A stretch of DNA of 64,000 nucleotides, taken from IMG/VR virus record IMGVR_UViG_3300029787_000020. One strand, written 5' to 3'. Shown here in pieces: positions 1 to 9,900 of the stretch. Numbering within the stretch: position 1 is the first letter of the stretch; every line of letters starts with the position of its first letter. The notes beneath the pieces were generated by a model. It was not told the origin of the DNA, made no database searches, and saw only the letters and a program-made list of their open reading frames with translations. Origin of the DNA: an uncultured virus (IMG/VR IMGVR_UViG_3300029787_000020) (taxonomy: Duplodnaviria; Heunggongvirae; Uroviricota; Caudoviricetes). The position numbers and the translations under genes were made by a program.

Positions 1-254
1 CTGTATTCCCTGTAGTATGCGTATGGTTAACATCCATGGGTATATGCACAATGGCATTCAACCTTAACGGTTTCAACTTCAACCAATCAGTTGTTGATGC
101 AAACGGTAAGATTGTTCCAACTTGGGGAGACGTTCTTAACAGAGCAAACCTAGGTATGGAAGTTATGCATGAGAGAAATGCACACAACTTCCCACTTGAC
201 CTTGCATCAGCAGAGTCAACAACAGTTGCTTTAACAGCACCTGCAATCGGTTAA
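1..254 (+). CDS. psbA: Photosystem II D1 protein, 3' part (runs off window start)
   Basis: Frame from nt 3 reads [29 protein letters not shown]...[17 protein letters not shown], the D1 C-terminus; [15 protein letters not shown] is the Prochlorococcus-type variant. Confidence 0.98.
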   Translation, partial: VFPVVCVWLTSMGICTMAFNLNGFNFNQSVVDANGKIVPTWGDVLNRANLGMEVMHERNAHNFPLDLASAESTTVALTAPAIG

Positions 255-296
255 TTACTTAACCCAAAACAACACAAGGGGTCGCANNNNNNNNNN

Positions 297-1319
297 GACT
301 GGTTAAAGAGAGACCGATTTGTATTCATAGGTTGGTCTGGTCTTATACTTTTACCTTGTGCTTACCTTTCTATCGGAGGTTGGTTCGTAGGAACTACTTT
401 CGTTACGAGTTGGTACACACATGGTATCGCATCCTCATATCTTGAGGGAGCAAACTTCTTAACAGCAGCAGTGTCAACACCTGGTGATGCAATGGGTCAT
501 AGTCTCATGTTCCTATGGGGGCCTGAAGCACAGGGTTCATTTGTTCGTTGGGTACAACTCGGTGGACTTTGGAACTTCGTAGCACTTCACGGTGTGTTCG
601 GACTTATAGGTTTTATGTTAAGGCAGTTTGAAATTGCAGGTCTTGTTGGGATACGTCCTTACAATGCTCTAGCATTCTCTGCAGTTATCGCAGTCTTCAC
701 TAGCATCTTTTTGATCTATCCTTTAGGTCAGCACAGTTGGTTCTTCGCACCTTCATTCGGTGTCGCAGCCATATTTCGTTATATCTTATTCATCCAAGGT
801 TTCCACAATATAACTCTTAACCCATTTCACATGATGGGTGTAGCAGGTATATTAGGAGGAGCATTACTCTGTGCCATTCACGGTGCAACAGTACAGAACA
901 CTTTGTATGAAGACACATCAATTTATACTGAGGGTAAGATCCAAAGTTCTACATTCAGAGCATTCGATCCTACACAGGAAGAAGAAACCTACAGTATGAT
1001 TACAGCAAACAGATTCTGGTCACAGATATTTGGTGTTGCTTTTTCTAACAAAAGATTTTTACACTTCCTTATGTTGTTCGTTCCTGTAATGGGAATGTGG
1101 ACATCATCAATCGGTATTGTAGGTCTTGCACTTAACCTCAGAGCATACGACTTTGTATCTCAAGAGATAAGAGCAGCAGAAGACCCAGAGTTTGAAACTT
1201 TCTATACAAAGAACATTCTTTTAAATGAAGGTATGAGAGCATGGATGTCATCTGTTGACCAGCCACATGAGAACTTCGTGTTCCCAGAGGAAGTATTACC
1301 AAGAGGTAATGCACTCTAA
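297..1319 (+). CDS. psbD: Photosystem II D2 protein (start hidden in N gap 287-296)
   Basis: In frame from 297: [15 protein letters not shown]...[17 protein letters not shown], continuing into ORF 471..1319, which ends [10 protein letters not shown]. Confidence 0.98.
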   Translation, partial: DWLKRDRFVFIGWSGLILLPCAYLSIGGWFVGTTFVTSWYTHGIASSYLEGANFLTAAVSTPGDAMGHSLMFLWGPEAQGSFVRWVQLGGLWNFVALHGVFGLIGFMLRQFEIAGLVGIRPYNALAFSAVIAVFTSIFLIYPLGQHSWFFAPSFGVAAIFRYILFIQGFHNITLNPFHMMGVAGILGGALLCAIHGATVQNTLYEDTSIYTEGKIQSSTFRAFDPTQEEETYSMITANRFWSQIFGVAFSNKRFLHFLMLFVPVMGMWTSSIGIVGLALNLRAYDFVSQEIRAAEDPEFETFYTKNILLNEGMRAWMSSVDQPHENFVFPEEVLPRGNAL

Positions 1320-1339
1320 ATGACAAAGTCAGAACTTCA

Positions 1340-1368
1340 AAGATCCTAACTATATTAGGGTCTTTTTT
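1340..1368 (+). terminator. Intrinsic terminator after psbD
   Basis: AAGATCCTAA-ctata-TTAGGGTCTT hairpin running into a T tract. Confidence 0.75.
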
Positions 1369-1373
1369 ATGGA

Positions 1374-1727
1374 ATGGATTTTTTAGATGAAGAACTTCAG
1401 ACACAGCACTTATTTCTTATAAAAAGAATTTGTAGGATTTGTGGTGAAGAAAAAGATTTAGTGGCAGATTTTTACAGGTGTCGTAAAGATCCAAAATTAG
1501 AATCATCTTATTCATATGAATGTAAAGAATGTGCAAAAAAAAGAGTATTAGAAAATTATTATAAAAAAACATTTAAAACTTATGGTGCATGTGTTATTTG
1601 TGAAACTGTTGATGTAAAATTGAATAAGAATAGATGCAAGAGATGTGATAAAATGCTTAAGTTAGTGAATAATAATATACAAACTCTACAATCTATGATA
1701 GAATACCTACATAAAGAAAAATATTAG
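1374..1727 (+). CDS. Zinc-finger protein resembling an endonuclease VII-type homing endonuclease, apparently lacking the catalytic core
   Basis: CRIC...FY...CKEC N-terminal finger, CVIC...CKRC, and a C-terminal helix QTLQSMIEYL like EndoVII-family proteins; no DHxH motif. Confidence 0.5.
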   Translation: MDFLDEELQTQHLFLIKRICRICGEEKDLVADFYRCRKDPKLESSYSYECKECAKKRVLENYYKKTFKTYGACVICETVDVKLNKNRCKRCDKMLKLVNNNIQTLQSMIEYLHKEKY

Positions 1728-1728
1728 A

Positions 1729-2016
1729 ATGATCTCATTTTTATTTTCAATGGCAGGTTTACTAAACCTGATGTTTTATATCTTTGCTATTGGGTTTCTA
1801 ATCTCATTAGCACTAGAACAATGGTTAAAGTATAGACCTTTATCTGTTGATGCATCAATGAATGAAAGAAATCAATACATTGTGCAGAGCAATAGGAAAT
1901 ACTGTTGGAGACAAGCATGGGTGGTCAATGTGTATTGGTTTCTATGTAACGTAGGATTATACTTCATTTCAAGAAGCATGGCGACACCAACAGACACATT
2001 CTGGAACGGCATATGA
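1729..2016 (+). CDS. Hypothetical membrane protein
   Basis: Two hydrophobic segments; tightly packed with neighbours. Confidence 0.7.
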   Translation: MISFLFSMAGLLNLMFYIFAIGFLISLALEQWLKYRPLSVDASMNERNQYIVQSNRKYCWRQAWVVNVYWFLCNVGLYFISRSMATPTDTFWNGI

Positions 2017-2298
2017 TTGATAAATAATATACAAATGATTATTTTTTCTTTCATACTTTCATTATTTGCAAATCACTTACCAGTGATGTATGTTCAAGTA
2101 CCTCAGTGGGCAGATGATTGGGCAGTGTGTGCAGTAGATGTGCCTGATGCAAAATGCCATTGGTATGTCATGTCACCTGATAATACATTCGGTGAAGGTT
2201 TTGACTGGGAAGAAGCACCTTGGTTTGATGCCAACGGATTGAATGATATTGCACCAATGCAAGCAAAAACTGTTGTAGAAAAATTACAAGAACAATGA
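2017..2298 (+). CDS. Hypothetical cyanophage protein (start may be ATG 2035)
   Basis: ORF with N-terminal hydrophobic stretch and VPQWADDWAVC motif; ATGA overlap with next gene. Confidence 0.7.
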   Translation: MINNIQMIIFSFILSLFANHLPVMYVQVPQWADDWAVCAVDVPDAKCHWYVMSPDNTFGEGFDWEEAPWFDANGLNDIAPMQAKTVVEKLQEQ

Positions 2299-2783
2299 AG
2301 ACATTCAAAGAATTTATACAAGAGAGTAGTCTTTCTAGAATAAAAAGTAAATCTGATAAAGGTGGCATAGCCACAATGTCTGCATCTAGAGATGATAAGT
2401 CTGCAAAAGAAAATCGTGCAAGGGCAAAACAATTAGATAAAGATATTCGTGGTAAAGGTTTACCTGGTGCAACTAAAGTAACTGGTTCATATGTAGAGAA
2501 AGATGACAAAACTGGTAAAGAAACTAAAGTAAAAGAAAGAAGTCATGTTGTTACATCTGGAAAGATGGGTAAAAGAAAGTTTAAGAAAACAGTTAAGAAA
2601 CTAGGGAAGAAGTACGGACAAGATTCAGTATTGACACAAACGAAAAAAACTGGTACACTGGCTGCAACAAGAAAAGGTGGACTTGGCAAATCAAAAAATG
2701 TTAAATTGGGAAAATTCAAACCACAAGGTAAAAACCCAGAGGGTCAATCTCAAATCAAAGGAAAAACTTTTACATACGGATAA
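2295..2783 (+). CDS. Conserved basic cyanophage protein
   Basis: MKTFKEFIQESSLSR start typical of T4-like cyanophage proteins; KKYGQDSVL motif. Confidence 0.8.
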   Translation: MKTFKEFIQESSLSRIKSKSDKGGIATMSASRDDKSAKENRARAKQLDKDIRGKGLPGATKVTGSYVEKDDKTGKETKVKERSHVVTSGKMGKRKFKKTVKKLGKKYGQDSVLTQTKKTGTLAATRKGGLGKSKNVKLGKFKPQGKNPEGQSQIKGKTFTYG

Positions 2784-3040
2784 TGACAGCACCACTTTAT
2801 GATGATTCAAACTGGAGAGAAGAATATAAATCTTTCACCAGTAAAAAAATGGAAATTGAACTACTTGAAAATGGGCCTAAGAGTTTATCTCAATCATGGC
2901 ATCTTCAAGCACTTTATAGTAATTGGAAGAAGATGAAAGGATATGACAAGTTAGATCCAAAGGAGAATGATGGTCAATTGCAATCATCATTCTCAGAATG
3001 GGATGAAAATGCAAAAAAATATCAAGATAAAAGTGATTAA
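2783..3040 (+). CDS. Hypothetical cyanophage protein
   Basis: DDSNWREEY...LLENGPKSLSQSW; TAATG coupling on both sides. Confidence 0.75.
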   Translation: MTAPLYDDSNWREEYKSFTSKKMEIELLENGPKSLSQSWHLQALYSNWKKMKGYDKLDPKENDGQLQSSFSEWDENAKKYQDKSD

Positions 3041-3663
3041 TGAACCTTTGGAAAAATTATACTGATGCATTATGGGAAACATTTCCAGATTTTCAAAGAC
3101 AACCTATTTGGGCAGACTGGACAGGTAAAAGAGGAACAAGGTTAACTGCACAGGTATACACACATGAACATTTTATTAAATCAAGGGAAGTTGATATTTG
3201 GGATGAGAAGTCCAGTATCTACAACAATATACTTTATCCTAAAACTGGGAGTAATCTTCCCTGTTTTGGTATGGATCTTATGGGATTTAGTGAAAACAAA
3301 GTAATTATTGTTTTTGACTTTCAACATCCAGTAGAAAATTATGTGTATGAGGTAGAGAGTTTACCATACGCAGAGAAAGATTATAGATTTTTTGAGATGG
3401 GTAATCATTTTTCTAAAAACATTTATGTAAGATACTGTAGTGCAGATCAAGTAGATGATTATTTACCGATGTTCAAAACATATCTTTTGTGGTATAGGCA
3501 TATTGTAGAGGAAGCACAACCAACTGAAGGTGATATTAGTGTGTATAAAGATTTTGATGCTTATATGACTAAACTGGATCCTGTAGGTGGTTATCTTGCT
3601 GGTAAGTTTGGTAAGGAAAAATCACAATCTTTGGTGAATGATTTTTTATTTTGTTATAAATGA
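3040..3663 (+). CDS. pebS: Phycoerythrobilin synthase (ferredoxin-dependent bilin reductase)
   Basis: ILYPKTGSNLPCFGMDLM, VIIVFDFQHP, YRFFEMGNHFSKNI, DFDAYMTKLDPV and FVNDFLF-like motifs match cyanophage PebS. Confidence 0.93.
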   Translation: MNLWKNYTDALWETFPDFQRQPIWADWTGKRGTRLTAQVYTHEHFIKSREVDIWDEKSSIYNNILYPKTGSNLPCFGMDLMGFSENKVIIVFDFQHPVENYVYEVESLPYAEKDYRFFEMGNHFSKNIYVRYCSADQVDDYLPMFKTYLLWYRHIVEEAQPTEGDISVYKDFDAYMTKLDPVGGYLAGKFGKEKSQSLVNDFLFCYK

Positions 3664-3700
3664 TCAAAGGATTGCTAAATAAAAATAGTTGCAATCACAC

Positions 3701-4072
3701 ATGGAAATTTTATCTTCTCCTAAACATTATTTGTACAATTTAAAAACTACAAGTTCAGCCGAAGCAAAAAGATTATGGAGGAGAAAGATAAAAGAACGAT
3801 GGGAATATCAGTGTGCATACTGTGGAAATGAAAGTGAACTCACGATTGATCACGTGGTTCCTCGTTCAAAGGGAGGATCCGATTTTACAAAAAATGTAGT
3901 TTGCTGTTGTAATTCATGTAATCAACAAAAATCACATACTCCTTGGGAAGAATGGTATTTCTCACAGGAGTTTTTTAATGTTGATAGATATAAAAAAATA
4001 AAAGATTGGATGGAACCTGAACCATCTAAAAATTTGTTTGTCTATAAGCCAAGACGCAACAATGCGAGTTGA
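3701..4072 (+). CDS. Free-standing HNH endonuclease
   Basis: CAYCG...TIDHVVPRSKGG...NVVCCCNSCN; ATG at 3701 preferred over TTG at 3689. Confidence 0.9.
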   Translation: MEILSSPKHYLYNLKTTSSAEAKRLWRRKIKERWEYQCAYCGNESELTIDHVVPRSKGGSDFTKNVVCCCNSCNQQKSHTPWEEWYFSQEFFNVDRYKKIKDWMEPEPSKNLFVYKPRRNNAS

Positions 4073-4126
4073 ATAAATATATCAAAGCAGTATATACTGT
4101 TGTTCTGGTACATACCGAATATATAA

Positions 4127-6625
4127 ATGGCAACACCTATTAGGATTAAGAGATCTTCTGTAGAGGGTAAAAGACCGCAGGTTTCTGATTTACAAGTTGG
4201 AGAATTAGCTCTTAATACTTATGATGCAGAATTAGTAACTCTTAGGGATAGATCTGCTGCTGGTATTGGGACAGAGGTAGTAAGAATAGGTGCTGGAGCA
4301 ACAGTAACAAATATAATATATGTAACAAAAGATGGAAATGATAATAATACTGGATTAAAACTTGGAGATGCAAAAGGAACTGTTAAATCTGCGATTGGTA
4401 TTGCATCTGATGGAGATGTGGTCAAAGTAAGTGCTGGTGTTTATGTAGAAGATAATCCAATCGCTGTACCAAAACAAGTTAGTTTAGTTGGAGATAGTTT
4501 AAGAGAGGTAACAATTACTCCTCAGAATGCTGATCAGGATTTATTTTACGTTGGGCCTGGATCCATGTTACTGGAATTAACTTTTTCAGGAACGGTAAAT
4601 TCGGGAGTTTCTGCAGTTGCATTTAATCCTAATAAAATTGAGTTTGGTAATCAATCACCTTATATTAGATTTTGTACAAATAAACTTACCAATAGTATTG
4701 GCATGAAGGTTGATGGTAGTAAATCTATCGGGCCTTTTAGAAGTATGGTTACGGACTCATATACACAATACAATTCAAATGGTATAGGAGTTTCCTTGAG
4801 TAATGAGGGTTATGCTCAAATAGTATCAATGTTTACCATCAATCTTGATGTTGGTATTGCTGCTAATAGTGGTGGTCAGTGTGATGTGACAAACTCTAAC
4901 TCATCATTTGGTAATTTTGGTATGAGAGCTGATGGTGTTGGGCCTTTAAAATATACAGGAATAGTAACATCATCACAAATTGCTGGTCAAACTGACTTTG
5001 TATTGGATTTAAGTACACCAACTTTTAGTGTTTCTGATGCAACTTATGATGGGAATACTGGTCTTACAACTATCACAACATATACTCCTCATGGTCTTGC
5101 AGTTGGTATGGGTGTAACATTATCAAAACTTGGGTTCACATGTAACTATGGAGATTATACACATTTATTTGTATCGGGAATTTCAAGTGCTATTACAGTT
5201 AATACTGGTACTGCTTATACAGCAGGAGCTGGAACCACATACACTGCTTCCACAGGAGAATTAGTTATAGATGTTGGCACAGCACATGGATTGTCTGCTG
5301 CAACTAATTTATCTGCTGTTTCCCCTACGAGTTACACACCTTCAACTGGACAACTTACAGTAACAACTAATACTAATCATGGTTTAAATATTAGTGGTGA
5401 TTATGTTAAGTTCTTAGAGGGTTCTCTTACATTTGAATGTTCCAAAGATAATAGGGCAACTCAACACCCTTATCCTAGAATAAGTGATCCTTTCTATAAT
5501 AAATGGTTACCAGTAACAGCTAATAGTGCCACATCATTCACAGTTAATGTGGGTGCTTCAAGTGGAGGAGATTATACACATTATTTTGTATCCGCAACTC
5601 CTAATGGTATTAAAAAGGCAAACAACACAATTGGTATTGCAACTGGTGGAATAACATTTACTTGTTCTAAGGATGACCATGCATCATTACATCCTTATCC
5701 TAGAGTTGGTGATCCTGCACATAATGCCACTCTAGGTATTGAAGCAGTAACTACTAATAGTTTTACGGTTAATGTTGGTACTTCAACTCATGATATTACA
5801 CCATCTGGAGTGAATGGTTATATTTTTGAAGTAAATGAAGTTATTGGACTTACAACTTTCTCAACTTTTGTTGGTCCTAATAAATATCCACACAATTATG
5901 TTTCGGGTGGAAATGTTAAACTTGATATTATAAGACCATTTGATGGTCAAGCTGTATATTTTGACGGTTTATTTAAGCAAGTACAGAAAATAAATATTAC
6001 GAATGGTGGATCTGGATACACAAGTATACCAAGTGTAACTATTACTGATCCTTCTGAACCATGGGGAATAAAGGCAAGTGGTATAGCTGAACTTACAAAT
6101 GGAATTGTAACCGCTATTAATATTGCCTCTAATGGTAGAGGATTTACTTCTGGACAATCTGTAAATATTACAATTGCAGATCCACCTAGTGGAACCACTG
6201 CTACTGCAAATGTAGTAATGACAGATGATTATTATCTCATAACAAAATCTACTCCACTTTCTAGTGGTATCAGTACAATTACAGTAAATGAAGCTGTTCC
6301 TTATACAGTTGGTGTTGGTTCAACAGTTCCCTTTTTTAAACAGAGTAGAATTCTTGCATCAAGTCATTCATTTGAATACATAGGAACTGGAGTTGATCCA
6401 CTTAGATCATTACCATCAAGAGGTGCCGTTCCAATTCAAGATAATGAAGTTGATGATAGAAATGGTGGAATAACTATATTCACAAGTACTGATCAAACTG
6501 GTAATTTTAGAATTGGTGATGGTGTTGTTATTAATCAACAAGACGGAACTATTACTGGAGATTCTTATACTAAGAGTTTATTTTCAACAATGACACCATT
6601 CATACTAGCACTAGGAGGAGATTAA
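4127..6625 (+). CDS. Virion structural protein (pectin-lyase-like beta-helix plus HxYPR repeats), module A gene 1
   Basis: IRIKRSS...LQVGELALN fibre-type N-terminus; YVTKDGND, SPYIRFCT, DSYTQYN, SSHSFEYIG, TSTDQTGNFRIG motifs shared with 33700..37095; late promoter AATAAATA at 4072. Confidence 0.8.
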   Translation: MATPIRIKRSSVEGKRPQVSDLQVGELALNTYDAELVTLRDRSAAGIGTEVVRIGAGATVTNIIYVTKDGNDNNTGLKLGDAKGTVKSAIGIASDGDVVKVSAGVYVEDNPIAVPKQVSLVGDSLREVTITPQNADQDLFYVGPGSMLLELTFSGTVNSGVSAVAFNPNKIEFGNQSPYIRFCTNKLTNSIGMKVDGSKSIGPFRSMVTDSYTQYNSNGIGVSLSNEGYAQIVSMFTINLDVGIAANSGGQCDVTNSNSSFGNFGMRADGVGPLKYTGIVTSSQIAGQTDFVLDLSTPTFSVSDATYDGNTGLTTITTYTPHGLAVGMGVTLSKLGFTCNYGDYTHLFVSGISSAITVNTGTAYTAGAGTTYTASTGELVIDVGTAHGLSAATNLSAVSPTSYTPSTGQLTVTTNTNHGLNISGDYVKFLEGSLTFECSKDNRATQHPYPRISDPFYNKWLPVTANSATSFTVNVGASSGGDYTHYFVSATPNGIKKANNTIGIATGGITFTCSKDDHASLHPYPRVGDPAHNATLGIEAVTTNSFTVNVGTSTHDITPSGVNGYIFEVNEVIGLTTFSTFVGPNKYPHNYVSGGNVKLDIIRPFDGQAVYFDGLFKQVQKINITNGGSGYTSIPSVTITDPSEPWGIKASGIAELTNGIVTAINIASNGRGFTSGQSVNITIADPPSGTTATANVVMTDDYYLITKSTPLSSGISTITVNEAVPYTVGVGSTVPFFKQSRILASSHSFEYIGTGVDPLRSLPSRGAVPIQDNEVDDRNGGITIFTSTDQTGNFRIGDGVVINQQDGTITGDSYTKSLFSTMTPFILALGGD

Positions 6626-6628
6626 AAA

Positions 6629-6970
6629 ATGGCATTAGCATTAAACGTATTCAGAACAGTTACTAAAGTTGTACCCACAAGTGCAGTTGGAATTTATACA
6701 GCACCTGTTGGATATACTGGAGTAGTTCTTTTAGCACAAGCAGCAAATGTTGGAGGTTCCACTCAGACAATTTCATTTTCCCATGAACGAACAACTTCTG
6801 GAATTGCAGTAACCACTGAAATTGTAAAATCTTTACCTATTGAAGCTAGTGATACTGCAAATCTTCTTCCAGGTAAACTTGTTCTTGAAACTGATGATGT
6901 ACTGATTGTTGAAGCGAGTAATTCGACTGATATTAAATTTTTAGGAAGCATACTAGAGACACTTAGTTAA
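6629..6970 (+). CDS. Small virion structural protein, module A gene 2
   Basis: SD AGGAGG; IYTAP..LLAQAANVG..GKLVLE..SILE, paralogous to the two ends of 37097..39388. Confidence 0.8.
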   Translation: MALALNVFRTVTKVVPTSAVGIYTAPVGYTGVVLLAQAANVGGSTQTISFSHERTTSGIAVTTEIVKSLPIEASDTANLLPGKLVLETDDVLIVEASNSTDIKFLGSILETLS

Positions 6971-9900
6971 ATGGCAAAGTATATTAGTGGTAGAGTTAAA
7001 GACCTTAAGGTAGGTGTATCGGGTTACAGTGAGAGTAAGGTTACTCTTAATGTTGTAGGTACAGTAAGTGCAAATGATATTGTAATTGGAGATGGTTCTG
7101 AAACAGGAATAAGTTCCAGTTCCATAAAAGTTGGTACAGCCATTACGATGGATGCTGCTAGTGGAATAATAAGTGCAAAGTCATTTAGAGGACCAAGTGG
7201 AATTAATGCAACATTTGTTGGAGATGGTTCAGGACTAACTGGTGTTGTTGGTTCAGGTTCTGGTGTTATTGTTTATGACGGTAATGATGCAGTTGGAACT
7301 GCTGGCACAATTAACTTTGGTACTAATTTATCTGTAAGTGATATATCTGCAGGTGTTGTAACCGTAACCGCAAGTATTCCCTCTACTGATAATGCAACAA
7401 ATCTTCTTGGTGGATTTGCAAGGGCAAGTGAATTAGATGTTTCTGGTATATCTACATTTGTTGGAGTTGCCACATTTAATAATGGTTTGCATGTGATTTC
7501 TGGCATTACCACGGTAGCATCAAGTCTTGAAGTAGGATCTGCCATCACGGCTTATTCTTCTACTGGAAGCATATATGCAAATAGATATTATGGTGATGGT
7601 CAATATTTAACAGGTATACAAGCTACAGGAAATGTAAGTGCTACAAATCTTAGTGTTACTGGTGTATCTACATTCGTTGGTGTTTCTACATTTAATGATG
7701 GTTTAATTGTACACGCTGGTATTACTACATTATCTGATACTCTGGAAGTAGGAACTGGTATTACTGCTCATGCTGGTGTTATAACTGCAACTAAATTTGA
7801 TGGTAATGCTACTGGATTAACTGGTACCCCTGATATAGATGTAAGTGATATAGTTGGAACGGCATTATCAATTACAGGTATTGCTACTTTTACTGATGCT
7901 TGGATGAAACCAGCTAAATTAGAGGTAGGAACTGGAATAACAATAGGGACAAACGGACAAGCAATTTTTGCTGGTATTGTAACTGCCACATCTATAGATG
8001 TAAACACTATAGTTGGAACTTCTTTATCAGTAAGTGGAATGTCTACTTTTACTGGAATTACAACTTTTAATGATATTGTTAAAGTTGGTTCTGCCATCAC
8101 AATGTTTAGTGCAACAGGAATTGTAAGTGCAACTAAATTTATAGGTGATGGTAGTCAATTAATAAATGTTTCTGCTTCAGGAGAGGGTGTCCAGATTAGA
8201 GATAGTGGCAATCCTATTGGTGCTGCTGGAACAATTAATTTTGGATCATCTTTGAGTGTTGATCTTACTGATAGTGTTGCCACGATAACTGGTATTGGAA
8301 CACAATTTATTAAATCTGAAAGTATCAATGTAAGTGGACTTTCTACATTTGTTGGTCTTTCTACATTTAATGATGGTTTAATTGTAACTTCTGGTATTAC
8401 TACTGTTGGATTTATAACTGCAAATGATTTATCTGTTTCTGGTATTGCAACTGCCACTACATTTAAGGGTGCTTTAACTGGTGATGTAACTGGTACTGTT
8501 AATACTGCATCACAACCTAATATTACAACAGTTGGAACATTAGGTTCATTAAATGTAACTGGTAATGTTGGAATCGGAACAACTATATTCACTGATGCAG
8601 TTCAGCAATCTAATGATTCAGTATTAGCAGTGGGTATTCTAACTGCGTATGAAATTTATAGTAGTGTTTATGGTAAGTTTACTGGTAGTAGCGTTACTGC
8701 TGATAGTTTAGTTGGAACCGCATTAAGTATTAGTGGTATTGGAACAGTAGGAGATACATTAAAAGTAGGAACTGCCATCACTGCTCATGCTGGTATTATA
8801 ACTGCCACTAAATTTAATGTTTATGGTGGATCTTCATCTCAATTCTTGAAGGCAGATGGTACTCTTGATAGCACTAATTATGCTGGTAGCACTGACAGTG
8901 TTGTTGGAACCGCATTAAGTATAAGTGGTATTGGAACAGTAGCAGATACCTTCAAAGTAGGAACTGCTATCACTGCTCATGCTGGTATTGTAACTGCCTC
9001 AGCTTTTGCTGGATTTAAATATTTACAGGCACCTTTTGGTAGCACTACTACTTTCACTGTAACTGTTGCTAGTAAGGATGCAACTCACAGATATAATGGA
9101 ACAGGTAGTAGTAATGCATACTTAATTAACGGTGTTCAGGCACCCGTTCTAACTTTAACACCTGGAAGAACTTATAGATTTACAAATGATAATACTGGAA
9201 GTCATCCATTTAAATTCTATTACGAAGCAGACAGAACAACACTATACACAACAGGTGTAAACTTTCAAAACTCATATACTGAAATCACTGTAAGTGATAC
9301 GACTCCAAATGTCTTACATTATCAATGCACAGCTCATCCTTACATGGGTAATGCTGTTATTACAAATTCTAATGTTGTTGATAGTCCATATCCTGCCACA
9401 TTGCGTGATGGATTGAGTGTAACTGGAATTTCTAGTGTTGGTTCTGCCATTACAATGTATGGTGCCACTGGTATTGTTAGTGCTACTAGTTTTTATGGTT
9501 CTGGTGAAAATTTAACTGGTATTGATGCTACTGCAATTAAGTTTGGTGGAGTAGTCAAAGCACAAGCAAATAATAGTGGTGTCTACATCACTGGTATTGC
9601 AACAATATCAGATACCTTAAAGGTAGGAACTGCCATCACTGCTCATGCTGGTGTTATAACTGCCACCACATTTAAGGGTGCTTTAACTGGTAATGCTGAT
9701 ACTGCAACACTTGCAACGAATGCATCAGGATTGACAGGTATTCCAAGTATAACTGTTCAGGATATCACTGCTGAAATGGTTTCTATTGGAGGAACATTAA
9801 CATACGAAGACGTAACTAATATAGATTCGGTTGGATTAATCACTGCCAGAAAAGGAATACATGTTGTTAGTGGTGCTGGTGTTAGTATTGCTGCTGGTGG

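Noticed and set aside
297..470. psbD starting at 471 (N-terminally truncated D2)
   Set aside because: The D2 frame continues upstream to the N gap
1..1319. Group I intron in psbA or psbD
   Set aside because: The visible coding frames are continuous; the gap content cannot be assessed
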